DNA from: Cyanophora paradoxa CCMP329
Lineage: Eukaryota; Plantae; Glaucophyta
Assembly: GCA_004431415.1 (NCBI GenBank)
Contig: QPMI01000277.1
Location: forward strand, 17,383-81,382
Direction: 5' to 3'
DNA: 64,000 bases
The position numbers and the translations under genes were made by a program. Under the pieces are notes generated by a model. It saw nothing but the letters and a program-made list of their open reading frames with translations. It searched no databases and was not told the DNA's origin. Shown piece by piece: positions 38,379 to 49,273 of this stretch (its first letter is position 1; each line of letters begins with the position of its first letter).

Positions 38379-41300
38379 CACAGGTGGAAGGGGGGGTCCG
38401 TTCGGACGGACGGAACGGCTCGCGGAAGCGCGCTTCTGCTCTTGTTCCGACGCGCAGAACAAAAACTTCGGACAGTCCGAAATCGATTAGGGCAGATCAC
38501 AGCGAAGCGCCCGAATCTTACGTTCCGGGGCATCCGAAATCTAGGTTCTGACATCCGAAATCTAGGTTCTGACGTGCCAGAGCGGACGAGCGCCCGAAGA
38601 GTACGGTTCGCTCCGCCAGAACCGCGCGCCGGAACCGCGCGCTAGGACGCTGGGAGTTCGGGCAGATGAGCGATGCTGGCCTGCCGGGCCATAGCTAAGC
38701 GATCTGTGCGCGGCACGCGATGCCAAACGTTTCGGAACCACTAATTGTACTTGTGAGCACATACTGGACGTACATAGGCTGAAGCTGCGGGCCCCTAACA
38801 CCGCTCTGCCAAGAACCTACAAGCCGCGACCTGCTGGCGGAGTGCGACGGCCTTCTGCGCTCTACGCGTTAGCTATGAACGGTCTACGATGGTCCCGTGT
38901 GCGCTGACCTTCGTTCTTGCGCCACGCGGAAGGGCGATGTCGCGCCGCTCGCAGGCGTCGCTCCGGGCGGCCAAGCTGGCGTTAAACGATGATGCTGGAG
39001 GTTTGCTCGCTGTTTGTGCTGAGGTGCGGCGCGAGACGATGTGCTGTCCTGCACGCTGCAGGATGGTTGGAGAGCAAACATACCCCCCCTGAACTGGCAA
39101 GCTGTGGCAACTGTGGCCAGTGGCCAAGTAGTCGTACACCGCGGCCGATGCTCAGCCCTAACAGCAAGCTAGCAAGTCGTGCACCTCAGGCCGGGCGGTG
39201 GCGAGGCCGAGGCTGGCGGGCGCTGGCGGCGAGGCCGAGGCTGGCGGGGAGATGTTCACCCGCTCCAGAAGGTTGAACATCGTGTCGCGGTAGACGCCTC
39301 GTTGCTGCCGGCGCTGGGCCCTGCACGGCGCGGTCGCGGCATATGCATCGTGCCTTCTTTCACGACGCCCGCGGGAACGCGTGCGCCGCCGCCGCGGCCG
39401 AGAGCACCCCGCCGCGCCGATCCACCTCGTCCACCTCGTCGATGCGAGGCGAGCGCGTGTGCTTCCCTTCACCCGCCGCGCCCCGCCCACAGCTTACGCG
39501 CCCTCTTCAGATCGCCGATAAGGCGGGAGGAACTCCTCCCCCGCCCTCCGTCCTCCGCCCTCGGCGGCGGCGGCGGCGGCGGGCTCTCTGGGCGGGGCAG
39601 AGGCGCGGCGGGCGGCGGCGCGGCTCGTCGGGCGGGGCGGAGGCGCGGCGCGCGGCGGCGCGGCTCGTCGGGCGGGGCGGAGGCGCGGCGGGCGGCGGCG
39701 CGGCTCGCCGGACGGGGCCCGGCGGGTGCGCGGCGGGGGCGGCGCGGCTCGTCGGACGGGGCCCGGCGGGGACGCGGCGCGCGGCGGCGCGGCTCGTCGG
39801 GCGGGGCGGGGGCGCGGCTGGCGACGGCGCGGCTCGCCGGACGGGGCCCGGCGGGGCGCGGCGGGCGACGGCGCGGCTCGTCGGGCGGGGCGGAGGCGCG
39901 GCGGGCGGCGGCGCGGCTCGCCGGACGGGGCCCGGCGGGTGCGCGGTGGGCGGCGGCGCGGCTCGCCGGACGGGGCGGAGGCGCGGCGGGCGGCGGCGCG
40001 GTTCTCCGGACGGGGCCCGATGGGGGCGCGGCGGGCGGCGGCGCGGCTCGCCGGACGGGGCCCGGCGGGTGCGCGGCGGGGGGCGGCGCGGCTCGCCGGA
40101 CGGGGCCCGATGGGGGCGCGGCGGGCGGCGGCGCGGCTCGTCGGACGGGGCCCGGCGGGTGCGCGGCGGGGGCGGCGCGGCTCGCCGGACGGGGCCCGGC
40201 GGGTGCGCGGCGGGGGGCGGCGCGGCTCGTCGGACGGGGCCCGGCGGGGACGCGGCGCGCGGCGGCGCGGCTCGTCGGGCGGGGCGGGGCGCGGCTGGCG
40301 ACGGCGCGGCTCGCCGGACGGGCCCGGCGGGGGCGCGGCGGGCGACGGCGCGGCTCGTCGGGCGGGGCGGAGGCGCGGCGGGCGGCGGCGCGGCTCGCCG
40401 GACGGGGCCCGGCGGGTGCGCGGCGGGCGACGGCGCGGCTCGTCGGGCGGGGCGGAGGCGCGGCGCGCGGCGGCGCGGCTCGTCGGGCGGGGCGGAGGCG
40501 CGGCGGGCGGCGGCGCGGCTCGCCGGACGGGGCCCGGCGGGTGCGCGGCGGGCGGCGGCGCGGCTCGCCGGACGGGGCCCGGCGGAGGCGCGGCGGGCGG
40601 CGGCGCGGTTCTCCGGACGGGGCCCGGCGGGGACGCGGCGCGCGGCGGCGCGGCTCGTCGGGCGGGGCGGGGGCGCGGCGGGCGACGGCGCGGCTCGCCG
40701 GACGGGGCCCGGCGGGGGCGCGGCGGGCGACGGCGCGGCTCGTCGGGCGGGGCGGAGGCGCGGCGGGCGGCGGCGCGGCTCGCCGGACGGGGCCCGGCGG
40801 GTGCGCGGCGGGCGGCGGCGCGGCTCGCCGGACGGGGCCCGGCGGAGGCGCGGCGGGCGGCGGCGCGGTTCTCCGGACGGGGCCCGATGGGGGCGCGGCG
40901 GGCGGCGGCGCGGCTCGCCGGACGGGGCCGGCGGGTGCGCGGCGGGGGCGGCGCGGCTCGTCGGACGGGGCCCGGCGGGGACGCGGCGCGCGGCGGCGCG
41001 GCTCGTCGGGCGGGGCGGGGGCGCGGCTGGCGACGGCGCGGCTCGCCGGACGGGGCCCGGCGGGGGCGCGGCGGGCGACGGCGCGGCTCGTCGGGCGGGG
41101 CGGAGGCGCGGCGGGCGGCGGCGCGGCTCGCCGGACGGGGCCCGGCGGGTGCGCGGCGGGCGGCGGCGCGGCTCGCCGGACGGGGCCCGGCGGAGGCGCG
41201 GCGGGCGGCGGCGCGGTTCTCCGGACGGGGCCCGATGGGGGCGCGGCGGGCGGCGGCGCGGCTCGTCGGACGGGGCCCGGCGGGTGCGCGGCGGGCGACG

Positions 41301-44300
41301 GCGCGGCTCGTCGGGCGGGGCGGAGGCGCGGCGCGCGGCGGCGCGGCTCGTCGGGCGGGGCGGAGGCGCGGCGGGCGGCGGCGCGGCTCGCCGGACGGGG
41401 CCCGGCGGGTGCGCGGCGGGCGGCGGCGCGGCTCGCCGGACGGGGCCCGTGGGTGACGCGGCGGGCGGCGGCGCGGCTCTTCGGGCGGGGCGGGGGCGCG
41501 GCGGGCGGCGGCGCGGCTCGCTGGGCTCGCTGGGCGCCGGCGCAGGGGTGGCAGGGGGCCGGGTGGCAGGGGGGCGGGCGTTTGAGGGGCCCTACCCCTG
41601 CCGGCCCGGTCCGACCGGCGCCTGCTGCCTTGTATAGCATGTGAAGTACTCAAATAGCTTTCGTTTGTCGCTTTTCCGGCCCCAGCAGAGCCTGTGCCGC
41701 GCGCCTGGGTGCCGCGCCTTCGCCGGGGCCCCTTGGTTGATGGTCACGCCGATCGATCGCGACGACAGAGCGAGCCAGCAGAGCTTCATCTCGATATAAT
41801 GAGTGAGATTCTTAAAGAATGATATCTTAAGAGTGTGTGCACCGATTTTCGCGGGCCCCGGGGAGCGCGAACGTTCCGGACGATCCGCGTTATCATGAGT
41901 CTCAGAGTCTTTAGACCCGGTGTGACCAGCCTGGCAGCCTGGCAGAGTACAACACCTGACTTCTCTAAGTTCATCATCAATTCTACTTCAAGGCTTCCGA
42001 AAGTTCAATCATTGAATATCGCCGAGTCGATCAGCGCTGCTCAGCGGCTCATCGTCCGGAACCGTTGAACCGTTGAACGTTCGGCGAAGCTTGGTATTTG
42101 AATACAAATGAAGTATTTAGACCACGTACATCTTGATCCCAAAGCGGGAAGTCGCGGGGAGTACTGCGTCTTTGATCATGAGCAGCCGGGCAAGCTTGAG
42201 CTGCAGGCTTCCCGCGGGCCCGGCCCATTACGCTTGAGTGAAAACCCGGTGCTAGTGCGGGTTACCCTTCCGTCTGAGGCCTGAGCAAGGTCCGCGGCCC
42301 GACCGCCGCGGCGGTACGCCGCGATAACCGGAGGGCACCTAGGCGTACTTCGCCGCGTGCCGCGGGTGGAGCTCTGAGCGGGGCGCGTCCTGAGGGCGCA
42401 CATACGTCCTAAAGAAGGAAAACATGCGAATGCACGCGCCTAGAGGCTCGGGGAAGCCCAGCAGCTATAGTCGCCCGAGGCTTGGCGCCGGCCATGGGCG
42501 AGCTCGAGCGCTAGCTCGAGCCGCGCGCGCGCGGCGCGGCGCCGGCCGCTGCCTCGGCCGGGCCGGCGCCGCGGCGCGCGTGGCAGCACGCTGCGGCAGC
42601 GCGGCAGCGCGAGCCTAGTACAGTACTGCGGTGCTTTCCGCTGCGGACGCCGGGGTATGGGGACCCCGGGGGGTACAAGTCTCAAGCAGCAAACTGCCAC
42701 TTGCGAGCGAGCGAGCCAGCGCGCCGCGCGCTGATCGGTGGCTATCCGCGGCCTCTAGAGCGCAGAGACAAGTCGTTGGCATGGCGGGTGCTCCGATCGG
42801 CGCTGTTTCCGCGAGGTCACCGACCTCCAGGTTCGCACGCCTCGGCGCCGCAAGACCTTCCGTCTAGAGTACGCATGAGAGCTCTCATTCACGTTCTGCG
42901 CACCAGTTCTGTTCTCCGGGGAAGCCAGCAGAAGATCCTACGCACTTGGCTCTTCCACACTAAGGCCTGAAGCAGTGCGCCCAGAGTTGTTTTAACACGC
43001 TAGCTGCGCTTCTGCAACGTCAAAGCATCTATCTGGAGCTTCGCTGCGCCTGGATCGTTGTGCCGGCTGACTTCGCTCGGCTGCTCGTCGACGTCAGACT
43101 TCTCGGCTTCTCGTCAGGCGAAGGCGGCCCGGAAGCAGCCGCGGCGATCTTCATGCTTGTTATGAGCTTCTCGCTCCTCGGCGCTACGCCCCGCGCTTTG
43201 CCTCGACCTCTCGCAGCCCGAGCGCTGCAGCTGCTGGCTGCCCAAGTCAGTACTCACTCGTCTCTTGAAGCTGCGGCTCGTCGCGTCACGTTCACGATCT
43301 ACTTCATCGGTGCGCACTCATCGCTCAGACCCGCCCTCCCACGCTGCCACCGCTGCTCTCCCCGCTTTAGCTGCTCCCCGCACGGCGAAAGCGTCCGAGA
43401 AGCTTGGTGCGCGCCTCGCCGCCCTTCAGCGCCGCGCGCCGCGCGACGGGGGGAGCGCAGGAGCCCCGAATCGCGGCGCCTGCGCGGCGGATGCGGCCGT
43501 GAGGCTGCGGCGGCCCTCCCTTCGCTTGGTGCGCGCCTTGCCGCCCTTCACCTCTAAAGCGCCCTCCCCCTCCCCTCTAAAGCTAGACGCCAAGTGACGC
43601 CCGCTAGAGCTAGATGGCGGGGCTGCAGCCCCGGCGACGGCCATCAGGTGCCGCCGCTGGTGCCTTGTCCCGCTGTCTTCTAGCCGCCCTATATATATTA
43701 GTTTTATGCAAAAGAGCTGACTCGATCGAGCGCAGAAGTCTTGAGCTGGGGTGCGTCGGCAACGGTCAGAGGCCAAGTTCGCAACTGCAAGCAAGGTTCG
43801 CGAGTCTCTCTCCTGCCCGACGCCCTCTAGAGCTAGACAGCGGGGCCCCAGCCCTGGCGGCGGCTCTCAGGTGCCGTTGCCGGTGCAAGGCCACGCTGTC
43901 TAGATAGATCTATAGATTCCTTGCGCGCGCGCGCGCGCGCCCCTGAGATTGTTTTTGCTGAGGCTAACTCCACCATCAGGCACAATCAGGCGCCGGCCTG
44001 CTCCCCGGGGCGGGCCGCCCCGTCGCGCGGCCGCCCCGCCGCGCGGCCGCCCCGCCCCGTCGCGCAGCCGTCCCGGGCCCCCCCGAGGCCGCCCCGCCCC
44101 GCCCCGCCCCGCTCCGCCCCGCCCCGCCCCGCCCCGCCCGCCCCGCCCCGCCCCGCCCCGCGGCTGGCGCTAGCAGCTAGCTAGCGTATATTATAAATAC
44201 GTACGTATACCTGCAGTCAAGCGGCAGGCGCAGCAGCCAGGCGGGGCGGCGGGGCGGGGCGGCGGGGCGGGGCTGGCCGGGCTGCTCCCGGCCCGGCGGG

Positions 44301-44552
44301 CGGCAAGTGTCAGAACGGCTGGGATTCTGCCGCGGTTCCGGCGCGCCAGAACAGGGTTTTAGCGGCTGAATTTAGGTTCGGCCACTTATTCTGGCAAATG
44401 AGGTCAAAAAAGGCGGATGTTCCGGCGGATGTGCCCATACGTCCGAAAGAAAAGTCCGTCCGAAACCGCCGTTCCGACTGTCCGAACAAGAGCAGAAGCG
44501 CCATTCCGCGAGCCGTTCCGTCCGTCCGAACGGACCCCCCCTTCCACCTGTG
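38379..44552. mobile_element. 6174-bp non-autonomous TIR DNA transposon (CACAG...CTGTG, 3-bp TSD TGA; CMC/EnSpm-Chapaev-like)
   Basis: 73-bp TIRs at 38379-38451 and 44480-44552 with 3 mismatches; TGA at 38376-38378 and 44553-44555; subterminal TCCGAA/TTCGGA repeats; removing it (plus an adjacent 8-bp footprint) restores RT motif DAFKLCPV. Confidence 0.9.
39590..41520 (+). repeat. Extremely GC-rich composite minisatellite (40-bp and 45-bp units)
   Basis: Core ggcgcggcgggcggcggcgcggctcg followed by tcgggcggggcgga or ccggacggggcccggcgggt; lies inside the TIR element. Confidence 0.95.
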
Positions 44553-44776
44553 TGAAGGCCCTGAGGCATCGACGATGTCGTCCTTTCCAAGCTCCGCCCC
44601 GGGGCCGAGCGTGACGATACGCCGGATGGCGTGCTCGACAGTCGGCAGCCGGTAGTGCAGCTCCTCGACAGAGATGCCGTCGTTGACCGCCTGACCCCGG
44701 AACTTAGGGTACGACAGGTCATGGATGCGGCGGTACTTAACGGGATTAGAGTGCTTCTTGGGGACCACGCCCAACG

Positions 44777-44857
44777 AGAGAGAGAGAAATGCAGTAGACA
44801 CATCCATGCCAGCAAGACTGGGTATGACAAAGCCGCAGAGGCCCCGAATGGGACGTG
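44777..44857 (-). mobile_element. 81-bp 5'-truncated retroposon with (TC)n tail and 5-bp TSD CAACG
   Basis: CAACG at 44772-44776 and 44858-44862; splits RT SSP|LGVVPK; related to 47803-47870 (gcaagactgggtatgaca..ccgcagaggcccc). Confidence 0.85.
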
Positions 44858-47437
44858 CAACGGGGAGGAGACGAAGGGCTCCATGGGGGGGGAGGGGAAG
44901 GGGCCGAGGGTACGGCCGAGGGCGACGCTCCTGGCGACGTCGGCCCGCACCGCCTCCAGATCGAGAGCGGAGGGGTGGGGCCGGTAGTCGGCCGAGAAGG
45001 CGGGGCCACGGTAGAGGAGGGGAAACCCGTCGCGGAAGCCGGAAGCCAGACGTTCAGCGAGGGAGGGGTCGGGGTGGCCGGCGAGGGCCGCCGTGACGCG
45101 CGCGGTCGGCGCGGACCGGCGTCTGCGCCAGAGCCAGGGAGAACGGCAGGACCTGCTAGTACGCATACGTAGGCACTGCCGTGGAGAACGGGGGAGGGAG
45201 GGGGAGGCCCGGCCGCAGGCGAGGGCGGGCTCCGCACGGAGAGGAGGCCGGGGCCGGCGTCGGCGGCGTCGCACCCTTTGGACACCCACCAGCCTCTGCA
45301 CGCGAATCGCGAAGGTGTGGGCGCAGGCGGGGGCGCAGGCGGGCCGGGCGGGTACACAAATGACTGTCTAGTGTGCACCACGGGATTAACCTAAGAGAAC
45401 TACACTTCTCTACCCAGGAACGCTTGCACGCGGGACCGGGGCAAATGACGGTGCACACGAGGGCCTGAAAAGGAGAGAACAAGAATGCGGTGGTCAAGCT
45501 GAAGATGGAGCGCATCGGATGGCGCTAGGAGCGAGTTAGTGGCAAGGCGACGCTGGAACCACTTGGTTGCAAGAGCAAAGTCGAGGCGCGAGTTTACAGC
45601 TTTAAGGCTAACAATTCGTGAATAAGTTGGGGCAAAAGCTGAAGCAGTTCCGCCGGCAGGAGGCGGTGGAGCATGGTTCGCAAGATCATCAAGCTGGTGG
45701 GAAGTCATCGTTGTGTGAACGCACGAGCGCTGCAGGGAATTGGGCTTCGGGGTGCGGTGATTCCGGTCTCCGATCAGAAGCATAGGCACAGTAGCGGAGA
45801 GATACCCAGCCTGCACACAAGATTGCCACCACTCATGGCGGTCCCTGTTGTCACTAGCAGGGGCATAGACGCAAGCCAAGAGTACGGTCGTAGCAGGGAA
45901 GGAACCCGACGCCTTGTACGCAACAGAGACCGAAATAAAACGTCCATCAGAGTCCTGACGAGCAATTGTAACCTCGTGCTGTGCAGCAAAGAAGGGCGTG
46001 GCCATTATGGCAACACCAGTGGAGCGGGATTGAGTAGGAGCAGAGTTTTCCCAAAGGGTGACCAGCGTCATCAAATTCCCGCAGCTTAGTTTCCTGTAAG
46101 CAGAGGATGTCTATCTTGTGAGCAACGGCAAACTTCCTGCAACGTTCCACAAAGCTCTGCAGCTTGCTGGGACTATTGAGCCCGCCCACATTTAATGATG
46201 CAATGTTAACCAAACTTGATCAGGCCATGGCGGTGCACGAAGGCGGTGAATGTGGGGCAGCGGGGCAATCCCAGCAACGAAAGGAAATGCAAGGCTCTCC
46301 AGATGAAAGCCGAGGACCCGAGAGCTTAGCCCGGCATCAGCTTCGAGAAGAACTGAGTGCGCAGCTAGCACGGCAGCAGCTTCGACGATCCGAGTAACGG
46401 TAACTGGCCGCGTCGACGCCTGCACATGGCGAGAGCTGAGCCGGGCGTGCGCATGACATAGAATGTACCGAGCTTGTGTGCGACAGGAGCTGGAGGCGGG
46501 AGCACAGCTGCCGGATGACGCCGCGCGGACGTCAAAGACGAAGAGCATGTTGGTGGACAGGAGTCTCGCAAATCCGGCTGCCGCAAGGAGTTCAAGGCAG
46601 CGCGCACGGGAATGCGCAGGCAAAGTGACAGGGACAGGTGCCCGAAGGACAGGAATAGGTGCCTCGCGGCAGAGCAGGTGCCCGTCGGCAGGAGAGTCTC
46701 AGAACGACGCATAAGACAAGGATAAGTGCGCACCACGCTCCGCGCTGCTGCTGCTGTGCTGTTGCGTGCCTCGCCAGATCCGGGGGGGTCGGGTGGAAAC
46801 GGATGTACGAACTGAAGGGCGAATGACAAGGTCAGACGGCTGTACTGAATGTAGCAAAAATGTCACGGCTGCATGCATAGTTGGTAACGTGAGAGCTGCC
46901 TCCACTGAACTGTGGGCATATTTTGGGATGGGAATAAAATCAGGTGCCAATGCCGGACGGACAGCCACAACATCTGGAAGGGCACAAGGTGGGAATGCGC
47001 CAAGCTCAACCTCATAGAAGAATACTTGACCTCGAACGTGACGGGCTACACATATAGAAACGCCCTCCAGGAGGAGACGAGCAGGAGCATTTGCAGGTAT
47101 TGGACCAATTGCAAAGCTGGCTTCTGCATGAACAAAATGAGCTGCCGCCGCCGAAGCAAACGGAGCGCCGAGAGTAAGGTGGGCGAGCGCATGCGCGTCC
47201 TCATTCCAATCCGGTGAGTAGGAGTGACCTAAACGAAAATCAGCAAAACCTCTATAATCGTAAATTTGGTAGATATGTCGAAAACCAGCTTCGTGAAAAC
47301 GAGAAAGGATGGCGTTCCAGTCTTCAGAGGGCATTCTGTACCAAGGGTGAAGAAGAGGTAAGCGGAGAAAATCCCAGGGAGTGAGAGGGAAACGGATATC
47401 AAAAAGACCTCTCCATCGAGTAAATAGAGCATAGAAG

Positions 47438-47880
47438 GAGAGAGAGAGAGCAAGTAAAAGACACTCCTAGGACTCGAAACCGAGTCTGGGTGGTGATAAA
47501 CATATTGCTCTCAAAAAAAGAAAATAACAACCCGTATGAAGACCCTACCCGAGACGTAGGATCTCATACAGGAAACAAACCTGACCTTCCCGTACTGACC
47601 TGCTCCCTATCAGGCCAGCCGGGGAACCAGGCAGGACATGTCATGATGATCAATCAAGTTCAATTACGAAGACAACTCAATAGGAACAAGTCAAAGAATT
47701 TGGGCTCCAGCAGGAGTGGAAGGATCAGAAGGACGAGAACGTTTAGCACTTGAAGAGAGAGAGAGAGCAAGTAAAAGACACTCCCAGGACTCGAAACTTG
47801 AAAGAGAGAGAGAGAGCAAGTAAAAGACACGCCCACGCAAGACTGGGTATGACAGAACCGCAGAGGCCCCTAAAGGAGCT
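47438..47880 (-). mobile_element. Three stacked (TC)n-tailed retroposon 3' ends
   Basis: (GA)n-CAAGTAAAAGACAC at ~47438, 47755 and 47803; the middle copy is flanked by ACTTGAA direct repeats (47748-47754, 47796-47802). Confidence 0.8.
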
Positions 47881-48072
47881 AGAAGGGCACAATCTGGGAA
47901 GCTTTGGGGGGTACATTTCCGGAACAGGCCGTGTATATTCGGTGTAACGGTGTGCCACCACGTCGCTCTCACCCGGAAATTATTTCGCGCTGCTTGCCCT
48001 CACCCCCACGGTGCCACCACGTCGCCCTCACCCGGAATCGAGTTCGCTCATTTTCACAATGCGTCAGAGAAG

Positions 48073-49019
48073 ATGACTGCCTTCGTCGCCGCCAGCGCCG
48101 CCTCGATCAGCACATCAAACGTTCTGCGAAAACAGTCATACGCAGGATGTCCTTCCAAATGCGCACGGAGCCGCTCTCAGTGCGACTTTTCGTGCCGCGC
48201 GCCACTGCTTTCGGCCTGTTCAACGACGGCTGCGCAGCGCGCATCCATTTGCCTCTTCGAGCTTCGCCGGAGCACCCATGCGCATCTGCGAGCGTCGTCG
48301 GAGCACTTCGAGCTTCGTCGGGGCACTGCCATCGGCCAATGCCCTCGGAAGAGACTTGGGCGATGACGCTGTCGGCCGCGGCGATAATCGTGAGCAGAGC
48401 GAAAAACATTTTTGGGTGGGTTTCTTTTCTAGCCCGTCGCCCTTTGTGCTTCGATCTCTTTTCCTTGCGTAGGCAGAGCTGGATCGGCTCGTTGCGGCTG
48501 GTGATAGGAATGGTGCTGTTTCCCTCACGAAGAGCTTCGTAAGAGCCCAGAAGGAAGAGTGCAAGGAAGAAACCCTGGTGCGTGCCGGCGCGGATGTGCT
48601 GGCTTGGTTCTGCAATTAACTGCAATTCTTATGTGTGCACCACCTCTCCACATCGCGCAGGCGAGTCTTCCTCTCATCACTCGTCTCTTGGTTACGCTGG
48701 CTAATTATAACCGCAAACGCCGGGACAGCTAACCGCCGACAAAGAAATCGAAAAGCTCGGCGGTTTAGCCATTCTCAGCACTGGGTTTGGCCACCTCCTA
48801 CAGGCCGTCGGCAACAAGTCTCCAAGCTGGACACGCATTTGCAAATTGCTGCCGCAAGACTGTGGCGAATGGGGGTTTTGGGCTGAATTGTTCCATCTCT
48901 TCGCTGCTATTCTCGGCTTTGAGCCCTTCCGAACCTTGTTGCGAGGCCTGCGAAAGCACAGCAGGGACAGCAAGGCCTCCGAAAGCGAGGCTTCTGAGAC
49001 TGAGGATGATGAGGAATAG
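48073..49019 (+). pseudogene. Spliced host-like gene (possibly frameshifted) embedded in the LINE array
   Basis: Phase-compatible exons EKHFW|AELDRLVAAG...EETL|ASLPLITRLL|HWVWPPPT|DCGEWGFWAELFHLFAAILG...ETEDDEE-TAG; upstream MTAFVAASAASISTS is in another frame. Confidence 0.5.
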
Positions 49020-49134
49020 GGACATAGATTCGTTTTTGTGCAATAGACGGCCGTGCAAGATCCAGCATGTGCACGCCTTGCCAGGCCAGCGCTAGCTGCA
49101 GGTTAGTTTTGGAAAGGGGCGGATTCCTTTCGTT

Positions 49135-49273
49135 TACTTCGAAATTCTTGGATTCAGATGTCACAGTGTCTCTCGCAGTCTCTAGATCTAGAGAGGCCTG
49201 ACGAGGGTGTCTACTACTTCGAAATTCTTGGATCCAGATGTCACAGTGTCTCTCAGTCTCTAGATCTAGAGAT
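49135..49273 (+). repeat. ~60-bp direct duplication
   Basis: tacttcgaaattcttggat(t/c)cagatgtcacagtgtctctc(gc)agtctctagatctagaga occurs twice. Confidence 0.85.

Larger units (their letters stand above)
38038..45100 (-). mobile_element. DIRS/Ngaro-type reverse transcriptase pseudogene, interrupted by nested insertions
   Basis: HPDPSLAERLASGFRDGF, GRTLGPF..PP..FVSSP|LGVVPKK...YRRIHDLSYP..AVNDGI, ELGKDDIVDA|FKLCPVRPADWGLLG, LPFGGRSSPRIF, FVDDIL, LGVPLSPEK; no RNase H or YR seen. Confidence 0.9.

Noticed and set aside
39590-41520. Possible CRISPR-like array
   Set aside because: No unique spacers and no cas genes; eukaryotic context
39179-41653. Five 570-820 aa Gly/Arg/Ala/Pro ORFs
   Set aside because: Artefact of a stop-free GC minisatellite that is open on both strands
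41780-43350. Possible transposase remnants inside the TIR element
   Set aside because: Only short broken frames with no DDE or Tnp2 motif recognisable
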